In this document: in pieces, positions 43,796 to 53,522 of the stretch
How the letters are laid out: the number at the start of each line of letters is the position of its first letter
Numbering within the stretch: the stretch's first letter is position 1
From: an uncultured cyanobacterium
GTDB lineage: Bacteria; Cyanobacteriota; Cyanobacteriia; PCC-6307; Cyanobiaceae
Length of the DNA stretch: 64,000 nt
Assembly (NCBI GenBank): GCA_963765575.1
Contig: CAVXWZ010000011.1
Location: 416,001 to 480,000 of the forward strand
Direction: 5' to 3'
Made by a program: the position numbers and the translations under genes
Notes under the pieces: generated by a model
The model's input: only the letters and a program-made list of their open reading frames with translations
Told to the model about the DNA's origin: nothing
Databases searched by the model: none

Positions 43796-44687
43796 TCAGC
43801 TTTCAAGAGCGAGATCTGGCCGGCTGAGCAGCACTGAGCCCAGGTAGCACTCCTGCCACTGCGTGCTCTGGCGGCGGTCCAGTTCGCCCAGCAGCAAGGC
43901 CTGCCAGGTCGAAGGCGTCGTAGAGCTCATGCAGCAGGAATGCCGCTGCCTTGAGCTGACGCTCGCTCCACTGCTCGCGGTGGCGGAAATCGCGCACGTA
44001 GATCGCGTCGGCCCAGAGCAGCTGGCTGATGGCGGCGTTGGGATCGGCACCAAGCTGGAGCGGGCGAAAGGGGCGTCCCATGGTGTAGGCGAAGCGCAGA
44101 AAACTGAAGCCCTGCCGGCGCAGCAAGGCATCCACATCGCCGAACAGGGGCTGGCCTTCGTAGAGCTCCACGAATTCCACCTCGCACTGCAGCACCGCCA
44201 CATCCTTCAGGGTTTCGGTGGCGTGCTCCAGCACCATCCGCTCGGCCCCCTGCACATCGAGCTTGAGGAAGTCGGCCGGCCGTGCCTCCTCCAGGTCGTC
44301 GAGCCGGCGGGTGTGCATGGGCACGTCTTTCTCCACCTGCATCAGGTCTCCCAGGGCCGGGAACAGATCAATGGTGGAGCGGGCCGGCGGATAGAGCGAG
44401 GAGGTCATCGGCACGTTGGTGACGTGCAACGTGTGCTCCTGGCCATCGCCCAGCGCCCAGGGCAGGTAGCGGAGCGCGCCGCTCTGGGCGGCCGCCTGCT
44501 GGTTCAGGCGCTCACACTCCTGCGCCAGCGGCTCGAAGCCGATCACCTCGGCGCAGCCTTCCATCGCCCAGCGCACCCAGGGCTCCGGCTCACCCGCCAG
44601 CGCCAGCGCGCCCACATCCAGGCAGCGCAGCGGCCGCTCCAGCTGCAGAAACTCGAACCAGGAGCGAACGGATGGGGCGGACTCCAA
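43796..44687 (-). CDS. FkbM-family methyltransferase, frameshift near the 3' end
   Basis: LDVGA, IGFEP, DFLKLDVQGAE, EVEFVELYEGQPLF. Confidence 0.85.
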
Positions 44688-44750
44688 GCTGCAGCCGGCT
44701 GATTCCCCCAGGATGCTGGGCCTCAGGCACCCCAGCCACAGCCTGCGCCC

Positions 44751-46072
44751 ATGAGTCGCCCCCGTTCCCTGCGCGAGCGCCTGCAGAGCACCACCTTCCT
44801 GGCGGTGCTGGCCGGCTACGGCGTGCTGCTGGTGCTCAACCAGGGCCTGCAGGTGCTGCAGCGCCGGAGCGCCCACGGCCAGTTGGTGGTGGCGGTGCGG
44901 CAGGAGCTGGACAGCCGGCCGGCTGGAGCTGCCCTCCGTTGGTCCGCTGCGCCTGCCCGGTGGTGATGAGGTGAGGTCGGCGGAAGCAGCGCGAGCCGCT
45001 GCGGATCGAGCGGGCGGGGGAGCAGCGCTGGCTGGTGAGTGCCAGCGCTGGGCTGGAGGTGCGCCAGAACATCACCGCCGCCCTGCAGGCCGAGCGCCGC
45101 GGCCAGTGGCTGCTGCTGGCGGTGGCGGGCTTCTCCAGCCTCGTCACCAGCGCCTTGCTGCGGCCGGTGCTGCGTGATGGCCTGCTGGAGCCGCTCACAG
45201 GTGCTCAGCCAGGCCCTGGCCGCCGCCGAGCCCGATGCCGCCCGGCCGGATCTGATCGTGGAGGCCGAGCAGCCCGATCGAGCTGCAGCCGATCGCCCAG
45301 GCCTTCAACGCCCTGCAGCGGCGGCTGGCGGCAGCTGGGAGCAGCAGCGCACCTTCATCGATGGCGTGGCCCACGAGCTGCGCACTCCGCTCACCCTGAT
45401 CAGCGGCAACGCCCAGCGGCTGGAGCGGCTGCTGGCGGCTGCCGGGGCCACGGTCGCCGTGGCGCCCCTGCGGCCGCTGGGCGCGCAGCATCCAGGCCGA
45501 GGCCGACCGCATGACGCGGCTGGTGCGCGATCTGCTCGATCTGGCCCGCCGCGACAGCGGCCGCCTGGAGCTGACGGCCCTGCCCCTCGATGCCGGCGAG
45601 GCCCTGCTGGCGGCCTACGAGCGGCTGGAGAGCCTGGCCGCCGGCCGGCTGCGCTTGCAGGCGCCCCGATGCCGATGCCGATCTGCGCGTGCGCGCCGAC
45701 CCCGATCGGCTCGGCCAGTGCCTCACCAACCTGGTGGAGAACGCCCTCAAGTACGCCCCGGCCCCCACGCCGGTGGAGCTGGCGGTGGAGCGGTGCGGCG
45801 ACACCGTGGTGCTGCACGTGCGCGACCACGGCCCCGGGATTGCCCCCGAGGAGCGCGAGGCCGTGTTTCAGCTGTTCCAGCGCGGTTCGGCCGCGCCGCT
45901 GGCCTCCGTGAGCGGCAGCGGCATCGGCCTGGCGATGGTGCGGCTGCTGATGGAGCGCATGGGCGGCACGGTCCAGGTGGACGATGCCCCGGGGGGCGGC
46001 GCCGACGTTCAGCTGCTGCTGCCGGCGCTGGCGCCCTCCTTGAGCACGAAGCCCACGCCGCGCACGGTGTGA
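44751..46072 (+). CDS. Membrane sensor histidine kinase, multiply frameshifted
   Basis: Two TM helices; VAHELRTPL (H box), NLVENALKY (N), DHGPGI (G1), GSGIGLA (G2) in different frames. Confidence 0.85.
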
Positions 46073-46774
46073 ATCAGCTTGGCCTCGCCGGGCAGCTCGA
46101 GCTTGCGGCGCAGGTAGCGGATGTACACATCCAGCAGGTTGTCGTCGCCCACGAACGGGCTCGCCCCACACCGCCTCCAGCAGCGCCAGCCGCTCCTGCA
46201 CCCGGTTGGGCTGGCGCAGCAGCTGCAGCAGCAGGTCGTATTCGCGCACGGTGAGCTGGATCGCGCGCCCGCCCCGGCGCACCTCCCGGGCGGCGGTGTT
46301 CACCCTGAGGTCGGCGAACTGCAGCAGCTCGCTGGCCTCCTCGCCGCCACTGCCGGTGCGCCGCAACCGCGCCCGCACCCGCGCCAGCAGCTCCTCGATC
46401 GAAAATGGTTTGGTGAGGTAGTCGTCGGCGCCGGCGTCGAGGGCCTCCACCCGCTCGCTCACCGCGTCGTGGGCGGTGAGCATCAGCACCGGCGTGCTGA
46501 TGCCGCTGCTGCGCAGGCGCCGGCACACCTCCAGGCCGCTGAAATCGGGCAGGGTCCAGTCGAGCAGCACCAGCTCCAGACCGCCGGCGCGGATGCGCGT
46601 CAGCGCCTGCTGGCCCGTGCCCGCCGTGTCCACCCCGTAGCCCTCGGCCTCCAGCTCGCCCTGCAGAAAGCGGCGCAGCTCCGGGTCGTCGTCGACGATC
46701 AGCAGGTTGGATGCTGATGCAGGTGCTGCTGGTGGCGGGGGCGGTGGCATGGCAGTGGGTGACGGCATCGCCAT
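46009..46774 (-). CDS. OmpR-family response regulator, one frameshift near 46160
   Basis: [36 protein letters not shown]...[11 protein letters not shown] in the next frame. Confidence 0.9.
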
Positions 46775-46821
46775 CCCCAGCTTGATGCCAAGGCAGGCTG
46801 GAGCCCCATGGGCGTGCTGCC

Positions 46822-48684
46822 GTGCTCGAGCAAGCCCTGCAGGCCTTCGGGTGCGGCGATCTGGCCCGGGCGGAAGCGCTGCTCATCCGCCTCTGGCAGC
46901 AGCAGCCCACGTCCGCGGTGGCGGCTCTGCAGGGCCAGGTGCTGCGGGCCGCCGGCCGCTGGGCCGACGCCATCGCCTGGTTTGAGCGGGCCCTGGAAGC
47001 CGACCCCGGCGATGCCCGGCCCCGCCTGGCCATCGGCCAGATCCAGCGCCAGCAGGTGGATGGCGAGGCGGCGCAGTCCAGCTTCGAGCAGGTGGTGCTG
47101 CAGGCCGGGCTGGCGCTGGCCTTCGGGGCGGATCAGCCCCTGCGGCTGCTGGAGCTGGGGCTGGCCTACGCCGAGCTGGAGCAGCCCGATGACGCCATCG
47201 CCGCATTGCAAGCGGCACTTGCTTCAGATCCAGCGCTGGTTGAGGCCCACCAGACCCTGGCCTCGCTGCTGCGGAAGGAGGGCCAGCTGGGGGAGGCGCT
47301 ACGGCATCACGAAGCACTGGCCCGTCTGCAGACCGATCCCCTGGTGGCCCAGGTAGATGTGGCCCAGTGCCAGCAGATGGCGGGTGACCCGGAAGGAGCC
47401 CTGACGGTGCTGGAAGGGCTCCTGGAGCAGGCCGGACCCGACCCCAGGATCACCGGTTCATTCCTGTTCGTGGCCTCCGTTGCCGGGCGGCGCTGGCTGC
47501 AGCGCCGCTGCGAGGTCGCTGACACGCACTGGCGGCTGCTCGGCGCCGGCACCGCGCCCACACCGCGCGGTGGCCAGGTTGCAACACCCCGCCGCCCCCT
47601 GCGCGTGGGGATTCTCAGCGCCGAGCTGGGCACCCACCCTGTGGGCCATTTCCTGGAATCGTTCCTGCGCCATCACGACCGCACCCGGCTGCAGCTGGTG
47701 CTGATCGAAACCCAGCCGCGCTGGGAAGAGCGCAACCGCACCCTGCGCGCCCTGGCGCACGATTCCCTGCTGCTCCCCCAGGCCGATGCGGCGACGCGCC
47801 GCGCATTGATTCGTGAGCGGGGCTACGAGGTGCTCGTGGAGACGAGTGGCTTCACCACCGCCAGTGGTCTGCCGCTGCTGGCCGAACGCCTGGCGCCGGT
47901 GCAGTGCCACTACGTGGGCTTTCACGCCAGCACCCATCTGCCCACGCTCGATTGGTTCATCGCCGATGCGGCGTTGCTGCCGCCGGAGTTGGAGCCCCAG
48001 TTCAGCGAGCGCATCTGGCGGCTGCCCCGCCCCTGGGCGGCCTACAGCCCGCCAGCCGAGCTGCCGCCGGCCATCTCCCTGCCGGCCTCGGCGGCACCGG
48101 TGTTCGGCTCCTGCAACCAGGTGGCCAAGCTGGGGCCCGCAACGCTCAGCTACTGGGCCGCTGCGCTGCGGGCGGTGCCGGAGGCCGAGCTGCTGGTGAA
48201 GCACCGTCACACCGCTGATGCCGGCGTGCGCGAGCGCATCACTACCACCCTGGCGGCCTCTGGGGTAGATCCCGCCCGGCTGCGCTTCGAGGGCTGGGCC
48301 CCCGACTGGGCCGCCCACATGGCCGCCTACAACCGCATCGACCTGGCCCTCGACGCCACCCCCTGGAGCAGCGCCACCACCGCCTTCGAGGCCCTGGCGA
48401 TGGGCACCCCGCTGGTGGCGATCCGCGGCGCCACCCTGGCCGGCCGCATGAGCACCGCGGTGCTGGAGGGCTTCGGCGAGCCGGGCTGGATCGCCAGCGA
48501 CCTCGAGGGCTTTGCAGCGATCGCCCGCGAACTCACGGCCGATCTGCCGGCCCTGCGCGCCGCGCGGGGCGAGCGCCGGCGGCAGGCCCTGGCGGGCCCC
48601 CTGTTCGATGGCGCCGACCTGGCCCGGGCGCTGGGCGAGGCGCTGGAGGGGATGGCCGGTCAGGCCAGCGGCTCCTTCAGTTGA
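46822..48684 (+). CDS. TPR + GT41 (SPINDLY/OGT-like) glycosyltransferase
   Basis: TPR helices; LRVGILSAELGTHPV, RLAPVQ, FGSCNQVAK, DLALDATPWSSATTAFEALAMGTP. Confidence 0.88.
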   Translation: MLEQALQAFGCGDLARAEALLIRLWQQQPTSAVAALQGQVLRAAGRWADAIAWFERALEADPGDARPRLAIGQIQRQQVDGEAAQSSFEQVVLQAGLALAFGADQPLRLLELGLAYAELEQPDDAIAALQAALASDPALVEAHQTLASLLRKEGQLGEALRHHEALARLQTDPLVAQVDVAQCQQMAGDPEGALTVLEGLLEQAGPDPRITGSFLFVASVAGRRWLQRRCEVADTHWRLLGAGTAPTPRGGQVATPRRPLRVGILSAELGTHPVGHFLESFLRHHDRTRLQLVLIETQPRWEERNRTLRALAHDSLLLPQADAATRRALIRERGYEVLVETSGFTTASGLPLLAERLAPVQCHYVGFHASTHLPTLDWFIADAALLPPELEPQFSERIWRLPRPWAAYSPPAELPPAISLPASAAPVFGSCNQVAKLGPATLSYWAAALRAVPEAELLVKHRHTADAGVRERITTTLAASGVDPARLRFEGWAPDWAAHMAAYNRIDLALDATPWSSATTAFEALAMGTPLVAIRGATLAGRMSTAVLEGFGEPGWIASDLEGFAAIARELTADLPALRAARGERRRQALAGPLFDGADLARALGEALEGMAGQASGSFS

Positions 48685-48691
48685 GCGCCTA

Positions 48692-48838
48692 CGCACCACC
48701 CGCATGACTGCGCTGGCTGGCGAGTGCCAAGGAGCTGGCCCGGCGCCTGTCGCGGGATTTCGCCCGTTCCAGGCAGCGAGCACCGAATTGGTGACCAACG
48801 ACCAGATCGACCTGCTGCGTGATCAGGCAGGGGTTTGA
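48692..48838 (+). pseudogene. Internally deleted VapB-like antitoxin (44-aa ORF from ATG 48704 keeps the C-terminus)
   Basis: RTT at 48692, LASAKELARR out of frame at 48717, then GFRPF...VTNDQIDLLRDQAGV*; TGATG overlap with the toxin. Confidence 0.65.
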
Positions 48839-49280
48839 TGCGGGCCCTGCTCGACATCAACGTGATCATCGCTCTGCTGGATCGGGGGCATGTGCTGCAC
48901 GCCGCTGCCCGCCGCTGGATGGAGCGTGAGATCCACCATGGCTGGGCCACCTCCCCGATCACCGAGAACGGCGTGGTTCGTATCCTGTCGCAGCCTGCCT
49001 ATCCCAACCACCGTCCTGTGGCCGTGGTGGCCAGGCGCCTTGCCGAAGCCTGTAGCCACGCCAGCCATGCCTTCTGGCCCGATCCGATCAGCCTGCTGGA
49101 TCCAGGCTTGATCCGCTGGGAGCGGCTCCTGGGACCTCGACAGATCACCGACAGCTACCTGCTGGCGCTCGCCATGGCCCATGGTGGCCGCTTCGTGAGC
49201 TTTGATCAGCGCATCGGCCGGAACTCGTGCCTGGAGCCAGCGCGGCCCACCTGGCAACGATTGCTGTCACCGACGCCTAG
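48838..49280 (+). CDS. PIN-domain VapC toxin, frameshift near 49220
   Basis: LLDINVIIAL, ITENGVVRI, QITDSYLLALA, FVSFD; the C-terminus LVPGA...* is in another frame. Confidence 0.85.
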
Positions 49281-49339
49281 GCCCTGCGGGTCAACGGCCA
49301 GCGGCGCTTTCGGCTTTGAGCAGGAATCCCACGCCGGGT

Positions 49340-49386
49340 GCAGCAGCTGCAGCAGCAGGTCGTATTCGCACCCGGTGAGCTGGATC
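49340..49386 (-). pseudogene. Duplicated fragment of the response regulator gene
   Basis: 45/47 nt identical to 46216-46262. Confidence 0.85.
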
Positions 49387-49467
49387 CCGCAGCCCATGGC
49401 AGCGGCACCACCCGTGTGTTCGTGTTGGCGCGCGTCGCGCCTACGCCCTCCTCACGCACCCCTCTCT

Positions 49468-49660
49468 TCACCGCCTCCACGGCGTAGGTCTGCAGCTCGC
49501 GCAGGGCTGGATCGAGATCCAGGCAGGCCAGCTTGGCCAGCTCTGCCAGGTCGTGGCGGCGGGGCGGCTGCTGGTCGGCCAGCACGATCCAGGCCTTGAG
49601 CATCTTCTCCACCGCCTGCTGGGCGGTGAAACCCCAGTCTTCCTCTTCAGCCGGCGACAT
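49468..49660 (-). pseudogene. HEPN-domain protein, degenerate
   Basis: WGFTAQQAVEKMLKAW...HDL; N-terminal helix missing, no proper C-terminus. Confidence 0.7.
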
Positions 49661-49935
49661 AGAGCACCCGCCCCTCGCGGGCCACATCGCCCATCACGTG
49701 CCAGCGCGACCCCGCCAGCCGCTCGGGCTTCTGCTGGGGGGTGAGCCGGGGCTCGGCGCAGATCACCGCCAGGTCGAGGTCGGATTCGCAATGGGCGTCG
49801 CCACGGCCTCGGGAGCCAAAGGCCACCACCGCCCGCACACCCGGCACAGCGCAGAGCCGGCGCAGGGCAGCCGTGAGCGGTTCCGGGTCCAGCCCCGGGC
49901 CCAGGGTCACCGGGGCCGGTAGGCCTGTTGGCCAT
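49647..49935 (-). pseudogene. Minimal nucleotidyltransferase (MNT), apparently internally deleted
   Basis: AFGSRGRGD...SDLDLAV, REGRVLY; the strand carrying the third Asp (VDL) is absent; start uncertain. Confidence 0.7.
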
Positions 49936-50042
49936 CGGCAAAAGCTAGCCATGGGGCCATCAGGCCCGGATCGCTGCACAGCCTGGGATTGCGGCAGCCG
50001 TGCCGCCTCCAGCCATGCTGGAGACCTTCCCTTCCCCCCGCC

Positions 50043-50468
50043 ATGCCGCTCCCCCTGCCCGTGGTGCCCACGGCCCAGCTGCCGGCCCTGCCGGCGCTGG
50101 TGACCCTGCTGGCCGTGCTGCTCTACCTGGCCACGGCGCTGCTGGTGGGCCGCGCCCGCTTCCGCCACGGCGTCAAGCCCCCCGCCAGCGATGGCCCCGA
50201 GCCCTTCCAGCGCGCCCTGCGGGTGCAGCAGAACACCCTGGAGCAACTGGTGTTCTTCCTGCCTTCGCTGTGGCTGGCGGCGCTGTTTGCTGATGTCCGC
50301 TGGGCCAGCCTGCTGGGCTTCATCTGGGTGGGCGCCCGGGTGGCCTATGCCGTCGGCTATCTGCAGGCCCCCGAGAAGCGCGGGCCGGGCTTCGGGATCA
50401 GCTTTCTGGCGGCGTTGGCCCTGTGGCTGATGGCCCTGGTGGGGGTGCTGCGGGCGCTGGCGAGCTGA
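50043..50468 (+). CDS. MAPEG family protein
   Basis: VGRAR, FQRALRVQQNTLEQ, RVAYAVGY. Confidence 0.9.
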   Translation: MPLPLPVVPTAQLPALPALVTLLAVLLYLATALLVGRARFRHGVKPPASDGPEPFQRALRVQQNTLEQLVFFLPSLWLAALFADVRWASLLGFIWVGARVAYAVGYLQAPEKRGPGFGISFLAALALWLMALVGVLRALAS

Positions 50469-50548
50469 TCAGCGGCCGCCGCCGGTATGGGATCACCGGC
50501 ATGGGATGAACTGGCGCGGCATTGTGGGGGCGCTGACCGCCTGCCGCC

Positions 50549-51685
50549 ATGCATCGCTTTCGCCGGTTCTCCGTCCTGGCCCTGCTGCTGGCGCTGGTGC
50601 TGGGGGGGATCGGCTGGCGCGCCGCCCTCGCCCAGACCCCGGCACCCCAGGCACCGGCACCCCAGGCACCGGCCCCAGCGCAGCCGGCGGCGTCTCCCGC
50701 TGCTGACGCCGGGCCCCCCGCTGCCGATGGCCAACCCGCACCCGCACCCGACGCCAAGGCCGAGGCCAAGGCCGTCACCTCCGCGGTGGTGCGGGGGCCG
50801 GTGGGGGTGATCAGCAACGAGGGCGGCACCATCGGCGTGCTCAGCGGGGCTGATGGGGTGCTGCTGGTGGACGCCGGTTTCGCCCGCCAGGCCGCGCCGA
50901 TCCGCGCCGCCATCGCCGCGCTCTCCAGTCCTGCGGCCCCAGCCAAGCCCTCGCCCCCGGCGCCACCCAAGCCGGCAGCGGCGGCTGCCGCGGCCGCCAA
51001 GCCAGAAGCCACCCAGCCCGCCGCCGCCGCCCCCATGCCGGCGCCGCGCCTGCTGCTGAACACCCATTTCCACGCCGACCACACCGACGGCAACGCCGGC
51101 TTCGCCGCCACCGGCGCCGTGATCGTGGCCCACGAGAACACCCACCGGCGCCTGGCCGAGGGTTCGATGCTCGAGGCCTTCCAGCTGGTGACGCCGCCGG
51201 CGCCGCCCGCCGCCCTGCCGCCGATCACCTTCGAGCGCGACCTGCGCCTGCGCTTCAACGGCGAAACCATCGACCTGCTGCACCTGCCCGCCGCCCACAC
51301 CGACGGCGATGTGATCGTGCGCTTCCGCACCAGCGACGTGATCCACGCCGGTGACGTGTGGTTCAACGGCATGTATCCCTTCATCGACACCCGCCACGGC
51401 GCCACCCTGGCCGGGGCCATCGCCGGGGTCGACCGGCTGCTGCTGCTCGCCGGTGAGGACACCCGCATCATTGCCGGCCACGGCCCGGTGGGCAGCCGCA
51501 GTGAGCTGGTGGCCTACCGGCGCATGCTCGCCACCGTGCAGCAGCGCCTGGTGGCCCTCAAGGCCCAGGGCTTCACCCTGCCCCAGGTGGTCGAGGCCCG
51601 CCCCCTGGCCGACCTGGAGGCGAGCTGGGGCCAGGGATTGTTCACGGGCGATCGCTGGCTGGAGCTGATCTGGAACGGGGTGTGA
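50549..51685 (+). CDS. Exported metallo-beta-lactamase-fold hydrolase
   Basis: Signal peptide; THFHADHTDGN, AHTDGD, HAGD, AGHG. Confidence 0.88.
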   Translation: MHRFRRFSVLALLLALVLGGIGWRAALAQTPAPQAPAPQAPAPAQPAASPAADAGPPAADGQPAPAPDAKAEAKAVTSAVVRGPVGVISNEGGTIGVLSGADGVLLVDAGFARQAAPIRAAIAALSSPAAPAKPSPPAPPKPAAAAAAAAKPEATQPAAAAPMPAPRLLLNTHFHADHTDGNAGFAATGAVIVAHENTHRRLAEGSMLEAFQLVTPPAPPAALPPITFERDLRLRFNGETIDLLHLPAAHTDGDVIVRFRTSDVIHAGDVWFNGMYPFIDTRHGATLAGAIAGVDRLLLLAGEDTRIIAGHGPVGSRSELVAYRRMLATVQQRLVALKAQGFTLPQVVEARPLADLEASWGQGLFTGDRWLELIWNGV

Positions 51686-51713
51686 GCCGGGGTCTGGCGG
51701 CGATCGGGTGATC

Positions 51714-52658
51714 ATGGCTGCGCACCCCCAGCCCGCCGCGATGGGTTCCACCCCACCCCCCGCCCCTCCGCCCCTGGGCCCCCCGTCCCCCGCCCTGCTC
51801 GACCGGCTGCGCCCCGGCACCCTCTCGGCGCGCATGGCCCGCTGGGGGGTGGTGATCGTGCTGACCTACGTGCTGGTGGCCCTGGTCACACCGCTGCTGG
51901 TGCAGGCGGGCCTGCTGCCCGATGCCAACGCTGGCCTCGACAACCCCATCTACGCCCCGCCCTCGCCGGCCCACTGGTGCGGCACCGACCGCCTCGGCCG
52001 CGACGTCTGCGTGCGCACCCTGGCCGCCAGCGGCGTGGCCCTGCAGGTGGTGCTGCTGGCCCTGGTGGTGGCCCTGATCGTGGGTGTGCCCCTGGGCATG
52101 GTGAGCGGCTACCTGGGCGGCTGGGTGGACCGGCTGCTGGTGCTGCTGATGGACACCCTCTACACCCTGCCGGTGCTGCTGCTCTCGGTGGTGCTGGCCT
52201 TCCTGCTCGGCCGCGGCCTGCCCAATGCCGCCGCCGCCCTTTGCGTGGTCTACATCCCCCAGTACTTCCGCGTGGTGCGCAACCAGAGCGCCCAGGTGAA
52301 GGCCGAGCTCTACGTGGAGGCCGCCCGCTCCCTGGGCGCCGGGCCGGCCTGGATCCTGCGCCGCTACCTGTTCCGCAACGTGATCACCTCGGTGCCGGTG
52401 CTGCTCACCCTCAATGCCGCCGACGCGGTGCTGGTGCTGGGCGGTCTGGGCTTCCTGGGCCTGGGCCTGCCGGAAACGATTCCCGAATGGGGCGGCGACC
52501 TGCAGCAGGCGCTCACGGCCCTGCCCACCGGCATCTGGTGGACCGCCCTCTATCCGGGCCTGGCGATGTTTGTGCTGGTGCTGGGGCTGTCGTTCCTGGG
52601 GGAGGGTCTGGAGAGCTGGCTGAGCGGCTCCAGCCAGTCCTCCCGGGCCGCCCGCTGA
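51714..52658 (+). CDS. Peptide/nickel ABC transporter permease (DppC-like)
   Basis: HWCGTDRLGRD, EAARSLGA, LGFLGLG, PEWG. Confidence 0.9.
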   Translation: MAAHPQPAAMGSTPPPAPPPLGPPSPALLDRLRPGTLSARMARWGVVIVLTYVLVALVTPLLVQAGLLPDANAGLDNPIYAPPSPAHWCGTDRLGRDVCVRTLAASGVALQVVLLALVVALIVGVPLGMVSGYLGGWVDRLLVLLMDTLYTLPVLLLSVVLAFLLGRGLPNAAAALCVVYIPQYFRVVRNQSAQVKAELYVEAARSLGAGPAWILRRYLFRNVITSVPVLLTLNAADAVLVLGGLGFLGLGLPETIPEWGGDLQQALTALPTGIWWTALYPGLAMFVLVLGLSFLGEGLESWLSGSSQSSRAAR

Positions 52659-52661
52659 GCG

Positions 52662-53522
52662 ATGGCGGTCGCCACCCTGCACTGCTGGCGGCCCCCCGCC
52701 GGGGAAGCGGGAGCCGGCGTTGTGCGGCCCTGGGCGGTGCTGGCCCTGGTGCACGGCATCGGCAGCCATGGCGGCAGCTTCGCGCCGCTGGCCGAGGCGC
52801 TCACGCCCGAGGGCCTGATCCTCGTGGCGGTGGACCTGCCCGGCCACGGCCGCTCCCCCGGTCGCCAGGGCGATGTGCGCCACTGGCAGCAGCTGCGCGC
52901 CGCCGTGGATCAGCTGCTGCAGCGGGCCAAGCAGGAGGCGCCGGAGCTGCCCTGTTTTCTGCTTGGCCACAGCCTCGGCGGCGCCATCGTGCTCGATGCC
53001 GCTGAACGCGAGCAGGCGAGTGAGGGCGGGCGCCTGCGGGGGGTGGTGGTGAGCAACCCGGCCCTGGCGGTGGAGCCCAGCGGCCCGCTGCGCCTGCGGC
53101 TGCTGCTGGCCCAGCTGCTTTCCCGCCTCTGGCCGGGCTTCACCCTCGCCACCGGCATCTCCCTGGCGGCGGCGGCCCACGACCCGGCGGTGGGCGAGCG
53201 CATCGCCGCCGATCCCCTCCGTCACGACCGCTGTTCCGCCGCCCTGGCGGTGGCCTGGCAGCGCTGCAGCCGCGCCCTGATGGCCACCGCGGCCGCCTTC
53301 CCCCTGCCGCTGCTGGTGCTGCAGAGCAGCGGCGATGGGGTGATCAGCGCCGCCGCCGTGCAGCGCTATGTCGAGATGATTCGGGCAGGGGCAGCACTGC
53401 GGGCAGGGCCGCCGGATGTGACCCTGCGCCTGTATGAGCAAAGCCTCCATGAGCTGTTCGACGACCGCGAGCGCAACGCCGTGATCGCCGATCTGCTGGC
53501 CTGGCTGCGGGCCCATGGCTGA
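52662..53522 (+). CDS. Alpha/beta hydrolase (lysophospholipase-like)
   Basis: VHGIGSH, DLPGHGRS, GHSLGG, HE. Confidence 0.88.
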   Translation: MAVATLHCWRPPAGEAGAGVVRPWAVLALVHGIGSHGGSFAPLAEALTPEGLILVAVDLPGHGRSPGRQGDVRHWQQLRAAVDQLLQRAKQEAPELPCFLLGHSLGGAIVLDAAEREQASEGGRLRGVVVSNPALAVEPSGPLRLRLLLAQLLSRLWPGFTLATGISLAAAAHDPAVGERIAADPLRHDRCSAALAVAWQRCSRALMATAAAFPLPLLVLQSSGDGVISAAAVQRYVEMIRAGAALRAGPPDVTLRLYEQSLHELFDDRERNAVIADLLAWLRAHG

